A stretch of 64,000 nucleotides of DNA from Prorocentrum cordatum (GCA_963575745.1 CAUYUJ010000001.1:248001-312000), one strand, 5' to 3'; numbered from the stretch's first letter, positions 10,681 to 22,384 are shown. Numbers and translations: made by a program. The notes: a model not told the origin generated them from the sequence alone.

Positions 10681-12470
10681 CCCAGATCCTTCACGAGGTC
10701 CTCGACCTCCCCCAGCAGGTTGGCGCCCATGGTCCCCTCCACGCCTTGCGGCCCATGGCTATCAGCTAGCCGCTTCAAGGTCGTCCTCGAGCTCTCGTCC
10801 ATCGCCTCCTGCGGTCCTGGGGTCACCTGGGTCTCGGCCTGCCTCTTCACGCCCGAGCCTGGGCCCTTGGTGAAGACCTCTCCTCCGAGCGCAGCGTGGA
10901 CCAGCGCGCTCGATACTGAAATATCTTGATCATGCTTAGCAGGTTGAGCTTGCCCAGCTGCCGTCCCTGCTGTGGCCGGTCTAGCAGCCGAGGATGGCGC
11001 ACTGCCGCTGCCTCCTCCGGTTGCCTCCTCCACGTCGACCGCCTGCTTCTCAGCCGGCCTCTTGGTTCCTTGCCGTTCCTCGGCCATCCTGACTCGCTTC
11101 CTCATCTCGAAATCATTTTCCATGAGCTTCGTGATCCTTGCCCTGCAGGCCTCACTGTGGCTGCGAGCTGGGAAGCCCAGGGCGTAGCTCTCGCATCCGA
11201 TGCACCCCTTGGTCTTGCCGAACTTCTTGATCTCCACCTCGTTGCGGATGTGCACTCGCCTCGGTCCAGGAACTCCTCCTGCGCCCGTCCCCGGCCGCAG
11301 TGCCCGCGGCTCAACTGGTAGAAGCGCCTCGTCGGACGCCTTCGCGATCGGGAATCGCGCCGCCGGCGCGTCCTCCCCGTCCTTGGTCACACCTGGCACT
11401 GGCCGCCATGGTGTGCCCTGCAGCTTCTCCAGCAGCTCGCCATTGTAGCGGTCGTCTCCGGCCTTCCGCTTGACGGCCCTGGCCCTGACCACTCCCGACT
11501 CCAAGCCGATGTACAGCTCCTGGCTCTTCAGCTGCACGCCCAGGTAGATGCCTGTCAACCACTTGGCGTCCAGCTTGTTCTTGTGGCCCCTGTTCCTGTC
11601 CGCCGGCAGGTAGTGCGCCGTCTCAGCGAACGGCGGGAGCTCCTGGCGGTACCTCTTCCCGAGGATCCTCTCGTACGCCGTGCGTCCGTCCGCCCCGACG
11701 TCGAACAGGCTGATCACCACGCCTGCGTAGTTGATGAGCCACGGCACGATCGCATGGTCGTGGCCGATCTTGATCCCATACTGGCGCTCCACCGCCAGCT
11801 TCAGGGTCCGCGCGATACCGCTCACGGACTGCACCGCCCGCTCGATCGCGCCGTTAGCCTGGTGCTCCTCCACCGGGCTCTCCTCCTTCACGATCTTGAA
11901 GGTCTCACCAAGCGCCTCGATGACCTTGCTCTTCAGGTCCAGGATCGAGGGCTCCTGGTCACTCTTGAAGATGAAGTGCTCCACCCCCGTGTACTCGATG
12001 GCCTCCGCCACCCACTTGATAATCCAGGCATCCTTCGTGCTCTTACTCGTCGCGGCGATCGACGCCGTCCATCGCCCCTTGTGCTCACGCATCACCAGCG
12101 TGGGCTCTGCTCGCTCGTCGTCTCCACCGAAGAACGTGTAGTCAATGGAGATCGTGTTGACTAGATGCTCTCGCTCAGCGTCCAGTCGTCGGTGGTCAGC
12201 ATTGCGGCCGCGTCCTCCCACGCAGTCTCCGCACCATGCCCTGAACTGCACGTGCCCTGCCGCCTCGTGCATCTCCCGCTCGACCGTCGTCGGCTCGAAC
12301 AACCGCGGCACCACCGTGACCGGTGGGTCGCCCATGTCGTCGTCCTCCTCGTCCCCCAGCGTGGGCTCCGCGGGTTCCGCCGCCGCCGGCGCTGCCGCTG
12401 AGCTTCCGCCTTCTCGCCGAGGAGGGTCCTCGGTGTTCGGTCTTACGGCTGAGCCCGCCGACTGTCCCCC
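10114..12470 (-). CDS. pol: pol part 1: integrase, low-complexity linker and N-terminal part of the DNMT-like domain
   Basis: HEAAGHVQFRAWCGDC (HHCC); IDYTF...KSDQEP...ANGAIER (DDE); KLDAKW.GIYLG (GKGY-like); FGKTKGCIGC...HSEACRARI Cys/His motif. Confidence 0.92.
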
Positions 12471-14146
12471 GACATCGCGCTGATGTCTGGGGCGTTCCTC
12501 TCCTGGCCACTGACCCTCTTCAGCTTGAGGGTGTAGACTCCACGTCGGAGGTGGATCAGCAGCCTCCTGCCGGTCGCGAGGTGCTTCAGGTAGCACTCCT
12601 TCGGCCCAATGTAAACCTCGCGGCCCTTCTCCAGCAGCTTCGACACCGCCGGCAGCATGCGGTGCACTCCTGTCGACGTGCACCTGAGTCGCCTTGTGCT
12701 GCCGTCCTCCGTCATGACCTCGATGACCTTCTCGCCTTCGTCCCGCACCGACTGGCCGTTGGCTGCTCGGTAACTCGTGCCCATCTCGCTGGACACTGTC
12801 GGCCTCGCCCGCACGTCCGTGAACCAGGTGTTCGGGGCAACGCTCTCCGCCGCCCCGGAATCCACTGCCGCGTAGAAGTATTCTTCCGTCGCATCGTCCA
12901 CCGCATTCAGCTCTGGGGTGCACAGGTCCAGTCCGCCGAGGTTGCCAGGCTGCTCGGTCTCCGGTTCCTGCTTGTCGTTCGCCTCCAGGCTGTTGGCGCC
13001 ACGTTGTCCTGTTTGCTGTCCACGATTCGCGGGGCAGTCCTGCCGCTTGTGTCCCCAGCCCCAGCACTGTGAGCAGTAGCCTTGGACTTGCTGTTGTTGC
13101 TGGTGCTGGCCTTGCTGTCCACCTGGTCGCTGCCGAGGCGGGTAGGGCGAAGACGGCTTGCCTTTGGTCTTCTCCTTGCCTTTGCTCTTGCCCTTGCCGC
13201 CCTTGCTGCCGCCCTTGCCCTTGCCCTTCGGGTTATGGGTGCTCTTGTGTGCACCTCCGCCTGGCATCCAGCCGTCGACCTTCTTGTGGCCTTTCTTGCC
13301 GCAGCTGTTGCAGGTGATGTCCTTCTGGTTGAGGCTGCCGACGTCCATGGGGGTCGCGTGGTCGTTCACCTTCGACTCCAAGTAGCTCTGGATCTCCTCG
13401 CGCACACTCACGTACGTCTTGAGCTTGTTCGCGTTGAGCACCAGGTGGTCCTTGAGCACGCCCATTGTCATGCTCACGAACACCTGCGCTTTGATGCCCT
13501 CCTGCATCGCATGGCCGGCCCGCCTCTCGTAGACGCGGACCCGCTCTTCCCACTTGGCTCCCAGTTGAATTAGCGAGTCCAGGATATTGCGCTTCCTGCC
13601 AGCTCCTTGTGGGTCGAACCTCCTCGCTATCACACGCCAAGCTTCGAACCCGTCGTTGTTTTTCGTCGCCTGCACTAGATCCAGAGCCTCGCCATCGCAG
13701 AGCTGAGCCAACACCGTGTACAGCTGCCGGCCGATGGTCTTGATGTCCGTGTCCTCGTGCTCTAAGGTGAAGATCTCCCCGATATCGTCTAAGTTCTCTC
13801 TCGTGAGCGGCTCTTCCTGATCTTGGACGTAGTTCAGGGCCTCCTTGATACCCGTCGTCACACTCTCCAGGACATTGGTCAGCTTGAAAGCCCAGCCGCC
13901 CCACGCCTTCGTGTCGCTGTTGAAGGCCGTCGGCTTGCCAATGCCCTTGACGTCTACCAACTGCACCTTCTTCTTGGTCGTTTCCTTCTCCAGGATGATC
14001 GTCTGCTGCAGCTTGGTCATTGCCTCGAGGTCCTGCACTCGTTGGGCCTGGACTGTGTTCATCAGGTCCCTCTGCCTCGTCAACTCTGTCGTGAGTTCTC
14101 GCACTTGTGCTGTCAACTGCTGCAGCTGCTCTTCTGGCGTGCTCAT
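12443..14146 (-). CDS. gag: gag-protease ORF (567 aa from ATG at 14146)
   Basis: N-terminal coiled coil, DVKGIGKP, NGFEAWR-like NDGFEAWRVI, PMDVG, two zinc knuckles (CNSCGKKGHKKVDG degenerate; CSQCWGWGHKRQDC) and aspartic protease AVDSGAAESV. Confidence 0.93.
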   Translation of the reverse strand: MSTPEEQLQQLTAQVRELTTELTRQRDLMNTVQAQRVQDLEAMTKLQQTIILEKETTKKKVQLVDVKGIGKPTAFNSDTKAWGGWAFKLTNVLESVTTGIKEALNYVQDQEEPLTRENLDDIGEIFTLEHEDTDIKTIGRQLYTVLAQLCDGEALDLVQATKNNDGFEAWRVIARRFDPQGAGRKRNILDSLIQLGAKWEERVRVYERRAGHAMQEGIKAQVFVSMTMGVLKDHLVLNANKLKTYVSVREEIQSYLESKVNDHATPMDVGSLNQKDITCNSCGKKGHKKVDGWMPGGGAHKSTHNPKGKGKGGSKGGKGKSKGKEKTKGKPSSPYPPRQRPGGQQGQHQQQQQVQGYCSQCWGWGHKRQDCPANRGQQTGQRGANSLEANDKQEPETEQPGNLGGLDLCTPELNAVDDATEEYFYAAVDSGAAESVAPNTWFTDVRARPTVSSEMGTSYRAANGQSVRDEGEKVIEVMTEDGSTRRLRCTSTGVHRMLPAVSKLLEKGREVYIGPKECYLKHLATGRRLLIHLRRGVYTLKLKRVSGQERNAPDISAMSGDSRRAQP

Positions 14147-14433
14147 TACCTCGACGGTGTAAGACACAGTCGAAGCCTCTCACGCAGCTCCTTGGCACAT
14201 ACCCTCTGAAGTAGTTGCCCAACGTGGCCCCAGTAACGCTGAAGCCGTCTGATTCTCCAGAGCTGCTCGCAAACTCTCCACCACTGTTCGTGCGCAGACC
14301 AGTCACGCCTGCTGCGCCGAACCACACGCCAATCAGCTTTCTCAGAAAACTCGTCGTCGCTATCGGGGCGCCCCGCGCCCGAGGATGTGGAAAGGTTGCC
14401 GCTGGATCGCAGTGAACCAGCTCCTGCTACCAT
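14146..14433 (-). CDS. Upstream ORF0 (95 aa, Trp/Arg-rich helical, unknown function)
   Basis: ATG is formed at the LTR/PBS junction. The ORF is open across the whole leader and its TAA overlaps the gag ATG (TAATG, 14148-14144). Protein-like segment WWRVCEQLWRIRRLQRYWGHVGQLLQRVCAKELRERL. Confidence 0.6.
   Translation of the reverse strand: MVAGAGSLRSSGNLSTSSGAGRPDSDDEFSEKADWRVVRRSRRDWSAHEQWWRVCEQLWRIRRLQRYWGHVGQLLQRVCAKELRERLRLCLTPSR
14415..14432 (-). promoter_or_regulatory. Primer-binding site, probably tRNA-iMet
   Basis: TGGTAGCAGGAGCTGGTT directly after the 5' LTR. The first 9 nt complement the 3' end (...CTGCTACCA) of metazoan-type initiator tRNA-Met as recalled; the host tRNA was not checked. 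Confidence 0.75.
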
Positions 14434-14531
14434 GACTAGATGGTTTTGAACCAACACGACTATGGAGCGAACCCGCCCCTCACAATTCCTCACAATTCCT
14501 TACCAAGGGTTATGAAGAATGCACTGCTACA
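14433..14531 (-). repeat. 5' LTR (99 bp)
   Basis: Direct repeat of 8046-8144; contains the tandem CCTCACAATT x2. Confidence 0.97.
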
Positions 14532-15179
14532 CGGCTCCGTGCGCGCAGTTGTTTCGCAGCGTTGTCCGGGATGCTCCTCGGTGGTCCCCACCGAGGGGGG
14601 ACAAACAAAAACACACACGCCCGAGCGATGCCAAGTCTGAGGCCGGGCATGTCCCCCCACAGCCGGATTTTGGACGGACCATCAAACATACATACTCAAC
14701 AAAGACTCAAACATAGCCTCCTCTTTTTCTGAGGCCAGATGCCTGCGAGCCCTGGCAGGCGTGCCCCCCCCGAGGAGGCTTCCTCTTCTCGAGGAGGCCG
14801 CACCCTCCCCGACCCAGGCTTTGCCCCCTCGGGATCTCCAGCCGACAGTCGCACCAACGGGTCCGGATGCATGCGAGCCTTGGCAGGCGAGGCCTCCTCC
14901 GAGGCCTCCTCTTCTTGAGGAGGCCGAAACGGTGTCTTCCGTTTTCGTTTTGTTTTTCGTTTTCCCCCGCTTTTGTCTCGAATCCGCCTTTACCGCAGAA
15001 CGAAGTCGAAACGAAAACGGCCCACGAGATCACCCAAAGCACCGTTCAGGTCCAGCCCCCTCGGAGGAGGCCTCCTCTTCTCTGAGGAGGCCTTCCCTCC
15101 CCGACCCAGGCTTTGCCCCCCACGGGACTTCCAGTCGGCAGCCGCGTCAACGGGTCCTGATGCCTGCGAGCCCTGGCAT

Positions 15180-15335
15180 GAGGTCGGGCATGCCCTCCCA
15201 CAGGCGGAGTTTGGAAGAAACATGAAAAGTAGGCAAACAATGCTACCAAGTAGTCAAACATAGCAGAAAAATCGTCCCCTGACTATTTTTGGACAATTTT
15301 GGGGTATTCCTCCTGTAGAGGGACGCGCCCGACTA
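15180..15335. mobile_element. MITE-like family (relatives about 20120-20262, 62250-62425, 14640-14680)
   Basis: Ends ggtcgggcatg.cc..c..acaggcgga and cctgtagagggac..gccc(c)gact. Internal tcgtcccctgactatttt is shared with the 20.2-kb copy. Confidence 0.6.
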
Positions 15336-18300
15336 ACCCTGGCACGCACGCACACTGATTCATGAGTTCGTTATCATCCATCTTGTTTCCGCCTTCCCTC
15401 TGCCGTTGCTGCTGCTGCTGCTCTCCCTCCCTGTCTCGCTTTCTCCTCCTTCTCCTCCTCTTCCGCCCACGCGCCAGACGGCGCATGGCTTGAGTGCGAG
15501 TGCGAGGATTTCCAGGGCGCCCCCCCCCCCTCGCCAGAGCAGAGCGCTGCGCGTCGAGGGTGTGTCTGCGGCGAGCGACCGGGGCAGCCCAGGATTTCCA
15601 GGGCGCCCCCGCCCCTCGCCAGAGCAGGGTGCTGCGTCGAGGGTGTGTCGGCGGCGATGGGGGCAAATGAGAAGGAGAAGGCCTTCTCGGAAGGCGACGA
15701 GACTTCTAAGCAGCCCTCGCGCCTTCTGACAACAAATATGTTTCTTCGGGGAGGGCTTAGACCAATTCTCAGGAGGCCAGGGGACTTCCGATCCTTCTGA
15801 GAAAGCATTCTCCTCCTCACCTCGCCGCCAAGTGTGGGAAGCAAGGCGGGTACGCGGCCACGAGTCCGAACGCCGAGCGGTTGAGCCTGAACCAGGACGA
15901 ATGTGGAACAGATTCTCGAAAGGAGGAGGGGGGGAGGTGACGATCAAGAGATCTCTCCGACACCAGACAGCCGGCAGATGGCAACAACCAAGGACAGAAA
16001 CTGGCCCCTCTGACACAAACATCGCCATTTCTCTCTGGGGACGCTGGGGGCTTCATCCGGCCAGCACTCCTCTCCACTTTTGGACAGAACCTCTCAACGC
16101 TGAGTTTTGCCAGAGGCCTCCTTGCCCGCTAGGGTGGGGTGGCCTGGAGCAGAAAAGGGGGGTCGCGGGCGAAGGCATGGGCTGCTTCACCACAGCACCA
16201 GGATGGCTGAAGGGGGCCCGAACGAAGCCCCGAGAGGGCCCCAGAGGTTCACAGAGACACTCCAAGAGGTCCTCGAGCGACTACATATTGACTTCCAATG
16301 CGGAGTGTACGCAAAATGCCCCCCACCTCCTGTTGGTCGCACGGCAGGGTACGACAAATTGATATTAGCGTAGCCACATCACCTCGAGAAAGTCTGCTTT
16401 AGACAAGCGTGTCCTCTACTCGCACAGTAACTACTCGCAAATGGCCCGGATCCGCCGCGGGGGATCTACGATTCACTACATCGAGGCGAACCTCAGTTTT
16501 TTCGGACGTCACTTTGGGGGTAGTGGGACGCGCTCGGTGATACTTGGGTTGATCCATCCTCTGCCGACTGGTGTCAGCCCGGCTTGCTCCTGCCTGCTCC
16601 CGCACTTCCTCTGTCATGGAAACTCGCCTGGACTTTTTGGGGGGATGGGCTGGCGGGGATAGGCGACGCGTCAGGACTCTGCGTGGCCCCCTCCTCCTCC
16701 TCCTCCTCCTCCTCCCCTCCTCCTCCTCCTCCTCCTCCTCCTCCTCCTCCTCCTCCTCCTCCTCCCTCCTCCTCCTCCCCCCCTCTCCCTCCTCCCCCTC
16801 CTCCCCCTCCTCCCCCTCCTCCCCCTCCTCCCCCCCCCTCCCCCTCCTCCCCCGCCTCCCTCTCCCCTTCCCCCACCCCCTCCTCCCCCGTCCCTCGGCT
16901 CGGCGGGGCCTCCAGTTTGGAGGAGCGTCGCAATGGTCCTGCACCGTGGCGGCGGGTCAGGGCAAGCGAAAGGAGACCAGGCTGAGGGGGCCCAGGGACA
17001 CACTAATAAATACACACAAGCCCGAGAATTCCCCATATATTTGTCATATGTTTTGGAGTTTGGTCTTCCCCTCCACTTCCCATATTTTCGCCTGACAGGC
17101 GTACAGCACAGCGCAGCCCGAAGGAAGAGGCTTGCAAGCGAACACCGCACGGGCCGCCCCATAGGTATCCAAATGCCTCCTAGGACTACCATAGAAGAAA
17201 AACACACGCCACAAAGAGAAACTTTTGGCGCTCCGCGCGGATTTCTCGGATCCGCGCTGGGCCCCCTCCCTGGCGCGCGGAGCGCGCCAAGGGCGGCGCC
17301 GTCCAGGGGCGGCGCTGGAGGCGACGCCCGGGGGGTGCCCCAGCGCGGGTCCAAGAGATCCGCGCAGAGCGCCAAACGTTTATGTTTATGCCGTTTTTGC
17401 TTTTTCGATCTTAGGACTACCAGCACCGCGATGCGCCCAGTGGGTTCCAAGGGGCCTCATGGCGCTCAAGGCGCTCCATCTTATGTTGGAGCCTGTTGGG
17501 CGATCCATTGACCCTATTGCGCCCATCCTCCGGTGGAACCTACTGCGATACCGATCGTATTGGGACGCGCAACGCTGGCAGATCCGCAAACTCGGACGTT
17601 GAGGCGCGATGGAACTCACAGAGTACATCACAAGATGATGCGGCGTGCACGAGCTCTCTCTCCCGAAGCTCCTTGGTCTGCCCGACGTATACCTGGGGCT
17701 CCTCAAAACACTGCGAGACTTGCAAGACGATCCGTGAATGTCACCGAGGCCGCCAATCTGGTCCAACATTGCCTCCAAGATGCCCCAAAGAGAGCCTCCA
17801 AGAAACGCCCAGAGGGCTCAGGAGGTCAACATGATTACTGCTCAAGACTTAAGATGACTTAAAATGCTCCTCGTTGGTCCTCGTCGAGGAAAAACTACGC
17901 ACGTCCGAGTGATCGGACGACTTAAGATGCGCGTGTTTCGGATGACTTAAGATGCTCCTCGCAGGCGCTCGTCGAGGAAAAAATACACACGTCCGAGTGA
18001 TGCCAAACTCTGTCGACTTTGACGATCCGTGGGGTATCCCTCCCGGCCCAGTCGAAAAACAACAATACCCGCTCGCCCTTGGCTGGCCCCCGACAACGAC
18101 GATGAGAATACTGCTGCCGCAACGCACCGCCATAAGCAGGGCCACACGTCAGATCCGACATGCAGCCCCTCCCCATCAGGAGCCATCTGTTTGATCTCAA
18201 CGCTTTCACCTCCAATGATCTCATACCAGCAGTGAGGGACCTGCAGGTGTCTGAAAAGCTGATGGTGGGAAACGCCTCGGACAGAAGCACGGGCGATTCG

Positions 18301-21137
18301 CAGTCACGTCGCACCGAGCCACAGCACACTGGCGGTCACGGCGCGGAAGATGATAAAACAAAAACATCCGTTTGCCCCCGGAAGGCACGAGGCGACGGCG
18401 CCCCAGGAGGACATGCCCACTGCGAGGACCCCGCCCCAGGCTCCAACGGCCTGGGAGAGGCCCGGCGCATGGCCGGCGAGGGAGGGCTCGCGGACTGCCC
18501 CCCCCCCCCCTTGTGGGCCAGCACCGTCGCCCCCAACCCGGTGGGCTGGGGCCAGCGTGGGGGCACGCAGAGTCCCCACGGCGCAGCACATCCTGCCACC
18601 AGGCCCAGCCCCCGCCCCACCAAGGGAACGGCAACTCCGGGCAGTACACCCTGCGAAATGCTTAAGAAATCATGGGTTAAGAAATTCATAGTCTCAGAAC
18701 TTGAATGAAAACCCAACATGTCCATTGAAATCTTAAGATTTACATTGAAACGTCAAGAATAATCGAGACCCTGGCCGAAAACTTAAGTTTTCTTCAGCAT
18801 CGCCTAAGGTGTAGTGCCACCCACCAGGGTACAGGTGCCCGGCCGGCACCAGTGCAGCCCACCGATGGGAGACTTGCCCTCACGCAGCGCCTCACGCGGC
18901 TGGGCAACCACTGATCCAAGAACGTGATTCTGCTTCATCCACAGACATCACGGCGCTGCAACAGCGCGCTTCCAGCCTCGCACAGACGCTGCGTAGCATC
19001 TGGGGACACTCAAACAATCAAAACACCTGCTTGACGAACTCCAGACAACACAATCCGCCTAAGACGACTCCCAACAGGCTCTACGCAAGCCTACCTCTTC
19101 CTGGGGCCGCCCCCGAAATGACTATCTCCAGGCGCCACTTGCTGCTCACCGCTCACGCACCAACGCTCGCTCTTTCTCTCTCTCTCTCTGTTTCGCGCGC
19201 TGCGAGGACGTCTGGCAAGCTGCTTCGCAGACCAGGCTCTGGGCCGCCGAAGAGCCTTCTCCCCCAAGGGCATCCAAGTGCGCACGCCAGAGCGCGCTAA
19301 AAGCCGGTGCCTCCCTGCAGCACGGGCGCGCATAAGAGACGTGCCACGCCCTCATCGCCATTGGGTTTGTCTGGGGGCCAGCGAAAGGGGTCGTCTGTAG
19401 GAACGGCCACAAAAGGGTGCGCGGCTAAAACGGAAATCCGTTTTCGTGTGTGCGGATTTTTGGGGGTCAACTTGTTCTGTCTGATTATGTTTGGGTCAAG
19501 CTGTGGCTCCAGATTCTCAACTTTTGGTATGCACTTGAAAGCGTCGTTTGCTTGTTTCACATTCTTGCATCTACGTCGGTCTGCGGGGAAAACTTGAAGG
19601 TCGTGGCGATTGGGCGTGGCTTCATGAGGGGGTCACAAATGGGGGGGTCAGAAACGGTCCCCTTTCGTGCCCCTTTCGGGCCCCTCCAGAGCCCCAGGGG
19701 GGCTCGTTTAGGTACCGTTTGGGTACCTTTTCGGACCACCCGCGACACCCCCCCATTTATGACCCCTCCATTACGCAACGCCCAAGGCGATGATCGCCAC
19801 GACCTTCCGGTCTTTCCCTGTCCATGGGGTGCCTCGCTTCGCGCTCCGCGCTGCGCGAGGCGCAAAGACATTCGCGCCCTTGCGCCGCCCCCCCGGGGGA
19901 GAAGAGGAGGAGGAGGAGGAGGAGGAGGAGGAGGAGGAGAAGGATCACACGGGGGGGGGAGAGGAGGAGGAGGAGGAGGAGGAGGAGGAGGAGGAGGAGG
20001 AGGAGGAGGTGGTGGAGAAGGAGAAGGAGGAGGAGGAAGAGGAAGAATCGGAGCCGGACCGCGAAGCGCGTATGACTTCGCGCCCTCGAGGGTGCCCTTG
20101 GCCACGCCCCTCTATTTTTAGGTCGGGCATGGCCCCTTACAGGCGGATTTCGGAAGACAGAGTTTCAAAAAGTCATACATAATAAACATTTGCAAACATG
20201 GTAAAAAGTCGTCCCCTGACTATTTTGTGAATATTCCCCCTGTAGAGGGACATGCCCGACTTTACTCGACTTGTTCCTGACAAGGTCCCTTTTTGGCCGC
20301 GCCACTCCCGTCGTTCCAGCGGCGCCTCCGGCCATCGGCGCACAGGCCATGTGGGAGCCGGTATCCCGCGCGCCTGGACGGACTCCTGTCCGAACTGGTG
20401 CGCGCTCTCTCTCTCTCTCTCTATATATATTTATCCCTCTCTTTCTTTTTCCTCGCTCTCTCTCTCTCTCTCCCCCTCCCTCCCTCCCTCCCTCCCTCCC
20501 CCTTCCCCTCTTGCTCCAACTCCCTCGTCGATGTGTCATCTGTCCCCCGCAGGCAGCGAGCAAAGGAACTTGCCAAGGTCCTCCGTGAGAAGCTTGAATT
20601 CGTTCTCGCGCCGTATGTGGAGCACCTTGGACAGGCACTGGTCAATGAACATGTCCTTGGATTGATTGGGGCACGGGCTACTTCCTCCCCACTATCTTCG
20701 GGGGCGCGCAAACATGGATTAGCGATCCATGGATTTGGCACGCGGTCGCCAAATCCATGGATCGGGGGAGCTGCCCTCCCAACATGCGGCTGGTGCCGCT
20801 TCGCTCGGCGGCAGAAATCCGCTACTTCCAATGGAAACGAGACCCGTCGCTAATCCACGCCCACTTGATTCATGCTTGCGATCGCCTGATTTTGGGGCCC
20901 CAGAGCCGCGCGGCGACGGACCGCGCGGTAACCTCAGAATCCTCAACGACCTCACCGCGCGGTCCGTCACCGCACGGTCTTGTGACCTCGGAGGCCCCTG
21001 TCGCCCGAGACGCCCCCTGAGAACGACCCGAGTCCGAAAACAGTGCGGTGCCCCCGAATCCCCACTGACCCACCACGCGGTGTGGACACCACACCGTTTG
21101 GGGCCCCCCGACTGTCAACGACGCACGGCCTGCTGTA

Positions 21138-21312
21138 GTGTGGAGGCCAGTCCACAAGGAACCTTCCACAAGAAACCCAACCCTGAGACCCCAGGACGCC
21201 CATCGATTTTTGGTTTGGGAGCCTCACGCTTCCCATATCAAACCATCGAAACCCAAGAAACCCAGGGCATCCTGGAGGCAAGCAGGGTGTTTCTTGGCTT
21301 GGGTCTCCACTG
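21138..21312. mobile_element. Tc1/mariner-type MITE, copy 3
   Basis: Colinear with 4938-5113; ends CTCCACTG|TA. Confidence 0.75.
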
Positions 21313-21532
21313 TAGGTATCCAGATGCCTTGTATGACTACCATAGAAGAATGAAAACGCCATAAACATAAACTTTTGACGCTCCGCGCGGATTTCTCAGA
21401 TCCGCGCTGGACCCCCTCCCTGGCGCGCGGAGCGCGCCAGGCGCGGCGCTGGAAGCGCCGCTGGGGGGTGCCCCAGCGCGGATGCAAGAGAGCTGCGCGG
21501 AGCGCCAAAAGTTTATGTTTATGTTTATGTTT

Positions 21533-22312
21533 AATGGTGGTCGCGCGGGGTACGTTGGCATGCTGCGGGCAACGATTCTACAGCAGTATTCGCCGCAGCG
21601 CTGCCGAATACCCGTTTGTGGGCCGCGCAATGGCGGGTGTGGCCTCTGACCGTGCGGCCGCGGGACCCTGGGCTGTGTGTGCTGGGCTACCCTGTGGCTT
21701 ACAAGTGCGGCTGGTACTGCCGCAGCCTGCACGGTTTCCCCCCGGGGCCGTAGGCGACCCGAGGAGGAGAAGGCAAAAGAGGAGGAGGAGGAGGCGGAGG
21801 AGGAGGAGGAGGAGGAGGAGGACGGGTCGCTTAAGCACTTCGGAGAAACCCTCCACTGCAGCCAGGATCGAGCCCGCCCCTTTCCTGTTCCTTTCCCTTT
21901 CATTGATCCGCGACCGTGACTCAAAGTTCTTGCAGTGGAGGCCAGGCCACAAGAAACCTTCCACAAGAAACCCCAACCCTGAGACCCCAGGACGCCCATC
22001 GATTTCTGGTGTGGGAGCGTCACGCTTCCCATGTCAAAACCATCGAAACCCAAGAAACCCAGGGCATCCTGGAGGCAAGCAAGGTGTTTCTTGGCATGGG
22101 CCCCCACTGTAATGGTTGTCGCGCGGGGTACGTTGGCATGCTGCGGGCATCGATTCTTCAACATTCGCCGCAATTCTGTCGAACCGGGTTGCGGGCCGCG
22201 CAAATGGCGGGTGTGGCCCCTGACAGTGCGGCCGCGGGGCCCTGGGCTGTGCGTGCTGGGCTAACCTGTGGTTTACAAGTGCGGCTGGTACTGCCGCAGC
22301 CAGGATCGAGCC
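21533..22312 (+). repeat. Two diverged direct copies of an about 195-bp unit (21533-21728 and 22111-22300), each following a MITE
   Basis: aatggt.gtcgcgcggggtacgttggcatgctgcgggca...ttacaagtgcggctggtactgccgcagcc in both copies. Confidence 0.8.
21933..22109. mobile_element. Tc1/mariner-type MITE, copy 4
   Basis: CAGTGGAGGCC ... GGCCCCCACTG|TA. Confidence 0.78.
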
Positions 22313-22384
22313 CGTGAGTGGACATGCGGGAATCCCGAGCGAGCATCCCCTCTGCCCATGAACCCCTTCCGCCCTCTTTCCTCG

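Larger units (their letters stand above)
8046..14531 (-). mobile_element. Full-length Ty1/copia-type LTR retrotransposon carrying a DNMT-like domain (point lesions make this copy likely non-autonomous)
   Basis: Two 99-bp TG...CA LTRs with 1 mismatch. CGGCT TSD at 8041-8045 and 14532-14536. PBS and PPT present. Domain order is gag-PR-IN-RT-RH. Confidence 0.97.

Noticed and set aside
12480..13067. N-terminal about 200 aa of the 1015-aa ORF as real protein
   Set aside because: It overlaps gag-protease in another frame and has no motifs; it is most likely a shadow frame.
19485..19512. SL-like tgtttgggtcaag (similar weak hits at about 38525 and 54935)
   Set aside because: The matches are short, with no associated ORF/poly(A) or element boundary.
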